A DNA stretch of 64,000 nt from the NCBI RefSeq assembly GCF_030028105.1, contig NC_092390.1:16214507-16278506 (forward strand), given 5' to 3'. Below are positions 60,011 through 64,000 of this stretch, piece after piece. The notes beneath the pieces were generated by a model. That model ran no database searches. It saw nothing but the letters and a program-made list of their open reading frames with translations, and was not told the origin of the DNA. A program made the position numbers and the translations under genes. Origin of the DNA: Mobula birostris. Its lineage: Eukaryota. Each line of letters opens with the position of its first letter. Within the stretch, counting starts at the first letter, position 1.

Positions 60011-63000
60011 CTGGAGGGGGTGGAAGAACAAATTGGTTAGCTCACAAACTTAGCTTAGTTGCTATTTATATACAGTTGCTATTAGGGCAGCAGAGGTCTG
60101 CCTGGACCCAGGAAATGCAAGGTGTCCTGATTTAACAAGTAATTATCCAGCCTCAATGTCCTGAGATTCTTCACAGGAGCACAGTCTGTTGAGTGAGGCG
60201 GTGGCACTGGGTCAGATCGTGCTGGATCCTGTTCAGGATTCATGGGTCTTATGTCCTGTTCCCAGCGTGCCCAGATCCTGAGGGTGGATCTTGCTTTGTG
60301 ACTGTGGTAAGGCAGTGTGGTCTTTGATGTGACCAAGTCCCAACCTGGAAAACCACTGTGAAATCCAGAACTTCATATCTGGTCAAAGCTGTAAGACCTC
60401 TCCCCACCACCCTCATTTGAAAGTTAATTAAAATGCAGACTTGCTCATTAAAAAAATCTTCACCTTTGCCTCCAAATCTGCAGGTTCAGAATCCTCATGG
60501 GGGTGGGATTCCCAGCATCACGGGGCCTGATGGAGACCAGTGATGTAGCATAGCTACAAATGCAGAGCCACCTGCCAGGAAGTCTCGATGCATGTACATA
60601 CGATTCACTTAAACTTCAGTGGCTGAACTCGAGCTGAATTGATTATCGATCTACCCAGTATAGATCATCCTGACAGGGAATTCAGTGACAGCTCTGTCAT
60701 GTTACAACAGCAGTAAGGTTAGGGTGCCAGAGAGAAATATTTGATAGTCTGATATTCACAACCTGTTTTTAACTCAAGACACCCATGGAACGGCGTTGTG
60801 TGAAGAAATGCCTAAAGAAAGAGGAATTCACCTGTTTTTGTGCTGGGCTGTGTGTTGCTGTGACACCATAGACCGGGAACAGAAAGCTGAACACACTGAG
60901 AAACTCTCCATTGTCCAGTCTGCCTGTGACAATTACATCGACTGAATGTGTGTGCGTGTGCGTGCGCGGGCGCGGGGGGGGGGGGCGGTCTGTAGCACCC
61001 TGGATCCTATAGCCATGCTCATATCCAAGATTCCAACCTCTCCCCACCACCCTCATTAACAGAGGCTGTTGAAGTGGCTACACTCTGAAGGGAAGCCTTT
61101 CCGGACTGAAAATCGCTTTCTTGCCAGAGCTGTCAAGGACTGAATGAACTGTATTCAGCAAGGCTAAAGGATTGATTGAGGATGAACTTTAAGAGGAAGA
61201 AGAGTTCATGAAAAGGATTTTGATGTTCTGACTTAAGGGGGATCCAGTGGCCTGAAAAATATTGTCACAAACAAATGTGAGAAAGGGTGCAAGAAAATTC
61301 TGGAGAGTGGTGAGTCTGCAACTGGTTCCCAAAAGAAGCAGAGGCAACACTTACAGCAAAGCTGAGAAAACCGATAGGGAAGAAAGGAATGGGAGGTAAC
61401 AACACCCTGAATGTCTTCAGGCTGGGTGTGCAGAGGTTGTTTCCTCCTCTGGCAGAATCTAGAACTAGGGTCACTGTGTAAAAGGTCAAACATTTGCTTA
61501 AATTGGTCATGGAGTCTTTGGAATTTTCTGAAGAAGATTTGGAATATTTGTCAGAGGAAGACATCCCTGATCAATGAGGGGGGAGACAAGAGTTACTGAG
61601 TGTAGACAGAAATTCCTTGGCATTGACATAGAGGATCTGTCCTGGGACCAGCACGTAACTGTCGTCGTAAGTCATGACAGCACCCTTACTTTCTCTTAGA
61701 AGTTTGCATAGATTCACATGTCACCTAAAAATTTGACAAATTTTAATAGAGAGATACACAGTGAAGAGTACCCTAACTAGTTGTTACACAGCTGGTTGGG
61801 AACAACATGCCCAGGAACAGAAAAGTCTAGAGAGTGGTGGATACAGCCAAGTCCATCCCAGGCAAAGCCCTTCCCACCATTGAGCACATTTACATGGTGC
61901 ACTGCCACAAGAAAACAGCATCCATCATCTAAGACCCCCACCGTCCAAGCCATGACCTCGCTATTACCATTGGGCAGGAGGTATAGGAGCCTTAGGTCTC
62001 ACATCATCAGAATCCTGAACTGGCATGGATAACTTCACTCATCTTAACTCAACTCCGAACTGATTCTACAACCTACAGACTCTACAACTCACGTTCTCGG
62101 TACCTTGTCAATCCTTGTTTATGTATAGTTTTTTGAAAGTTCTATTACTTTCTTTATCCCCCTGTAAATGCCTGCAAGGAAATGAATCTCAATGTGGTAC
62201 ATGGTTAATGTATACATACTTTGATAATAAATTTACTTTGAATTTTGAGAACTAAGGTTATAACTAACCATCATAGATCAGGCTTGGTGGGCTAAGTGGC
62301 ATTTTGTTCCTAATGATGTATAATTGGAAGGAGACTTGTGAAATGTGGAGTCACTTGCACAGAAGAGGAGGCAAATGGCCTCTTTCTGTGCTGTATTTTC
62401 CACACCGCTGTGACCCACGAACAGAGGAGACATTGGTTTACACAAGTGATGTGCATCACTCAGAAAGTAGCACACTGGTTCAGTGAAAAGATGGGCCAGA
62501 GAGTTTAGATTTAGGTTCAACTTTGCTATAGTCAGCAAGTGCAATTGCACAGACATGTAATGACTCTCTCGCCAGTGAAATGTTCCTCGTGTTACAGGAC
62601 CAGCGGCAGCCCATTGAGCACAGTAAGCTCCCACACAAAGTGGGGAGGCTTCCTAACTATTACAACACCAACTGCAAGATTGGAGTTGATCCCTGCCGCT
62701 CTCTCTAAGGACTTTTTACGCTCTCCCCATGACTGCATGGGTTTCTTGCTGCATCCTAAAAATGTAAGTTGTGGGCATGTTATATTGCTGCCAGGAGCAT
62801 AGCAACACTTGTGGCTTCCCCCAACACAATCTTTGCAAACAACGTATTTCGCTGTATGTTTCAATGTACATGTGACAAATAAAACTAATCTCTAATCTTT
62901 CTTTATCTTTATGATACTGAGGAGTTACTCCAGGGGAGAAAAAACATGACGAGGTCAGGAGGGAAAGTTGAATGACCTCTTCCCAGGGAGAGTGAGGTGA

Positions 63001-63259
63001 ATCGTCCTGTTCACTGAGAGAATTATGCATTTGCTTTAACGATGAATTGAAGAGCAGTGCCTCTGGAGGTTGGGTGCTTCCTTGGAGCAGCATTCTGCAT
63101 TGTGCCTTTGTGTACCTACAATGTGATTGAACCCAAATTCTTCCCAGTTTGAGGCAAGACAGCAAAACCCATCAAACCACCTTGGCACCACCAGCAGAGT
63201 GCTTCTGGTGAGGCAACGACAACTGGTATCCATAGGGCGGGAGTGGTCACCCAACATAC

Positions 63260-63401
63260 CTGGAGAGTCTTTGACTGTCTCTTGTCCCAGAGACGGACAA
63301 CGCCGTAGTGTGAGGAGCCGCTGGCAATCATGAAGTTTCCATCGGTCTGCAAGCAGTAGAGGGCGCTATCATGTGGTTCTTCCCACTCCATCACACAGCG
63401 C
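63260..63401 (-). CDS. FBXW4: FBXW4 penultimate exon RCVMEWEEPHDSALYCLQTDGNFMIASGSSHYGVVRLWDKRQSKTLQ (WD40)
   Basis: gtttccag| acceptor and CAG|gtatgt donor, 142 nt. Near-identical to human KCVMEWEEPHDSTLYCLQTDGN..GSSYYGVVRLWD. The rest of the gene lies beyond the window. Confidence 0.95.
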
Positions 63402-64000
63402 CTGGAAACGAGCACACAAAAGGCTGGACCAGAGGCAGCATCACACCAAGCACCCAAAACAGCACTGATGGCATTGTCAATCCCCGAAGTTGCACATGGC
63501 CACATAAACATTCACCAACCATAACTACCTGGGAGGCAGACAGGAAAGGGGAAGTGGGATGATGTGGGGAAGACAGACAGTACAGGTGATGGTGAGAAAC
63601 AAGAGTTTAGGAATATAAATGAAATAAGGGAAGTTGGCCATCTGGCCTCTCCAACCTGCTCTACCAATCAGTGTGTTTTCAACTGACTTAACTTTTGCTT
63701 CACCAAGCCCTACTGCTCAGGATTCCCTGTAATACCAACATCTGTCCACATCAATTTTAGATAAATTTCTCCCTGGGTAGAGAATTTCACATTCGCAACC
63801 ATCAAAAAAGTAATTTCTCCTCACGACTCATCCTGATTCTGAAACCGTACTTCTTCCATGACACAAAAAAATTTTAAATAAAATCATCACCCATTCTCCC
63901 AAGTTTCTGAGTATCAACCCAGCCTCCCAACTTCTTTACAAGACAACTCTATTATTTAGAGATGGTTCACTCTACAAGGAAAGAGGTTTTGAAAGAATAC

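Overview
Repeat-rich, intron-rich vertebrate genomic DNA. The repeat repertoire (V-SINEs, CR1, Rex1/Babar, Penelope-like elements) points to a cartilaginous fish, probably a ray (inference). Four genes can be rebuilt exon by exon with canonical splice sites and consistent phases. They are the last four coding exons of an O-GlcNAcase gene (OGA or OGA-like, +, 3012-12022), a complete DNA polymerase lambda (POLL, -, 7 coding exons, 584 aa, 42127-18043), a complete DPCD (+, 6 exons, 203 aa, 46306-58712) sharing a CpG-island bidirectional promoter with POLL, and the last two exons of FBXW4 (-, 63401-59876). This is the FGF8/SHFM3 neighbourhood, but OGA sits where BTRC sits in human. The most striking non-genic system is a Penelope-like (Neptune-type RT + GIY-YIG) retroelement family whose 3' end carries a minimal type I hammerhead ribozyme. 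One copy is fully canonical. Four young insertions have target-site duplications of exactly 14 bp, several are fold-back (inverted + direct) composites, and many short copies are truncated inside the ribozyme itself. Other items worth checking are an 83-nt near-perfect hairpin in DPCD intron 3, an R514C-equivalent change in Pol lambda, and a probable 3'-UTR intron in POLL. No rRNA, tRNA gene or CRISPR array is evident. Most ORFs in the supplied track are antisense or repeat-derived noise. Boundaries of old repeats are approximate. All comparisons to human proteins and repeat families are from recall, not from database searches.
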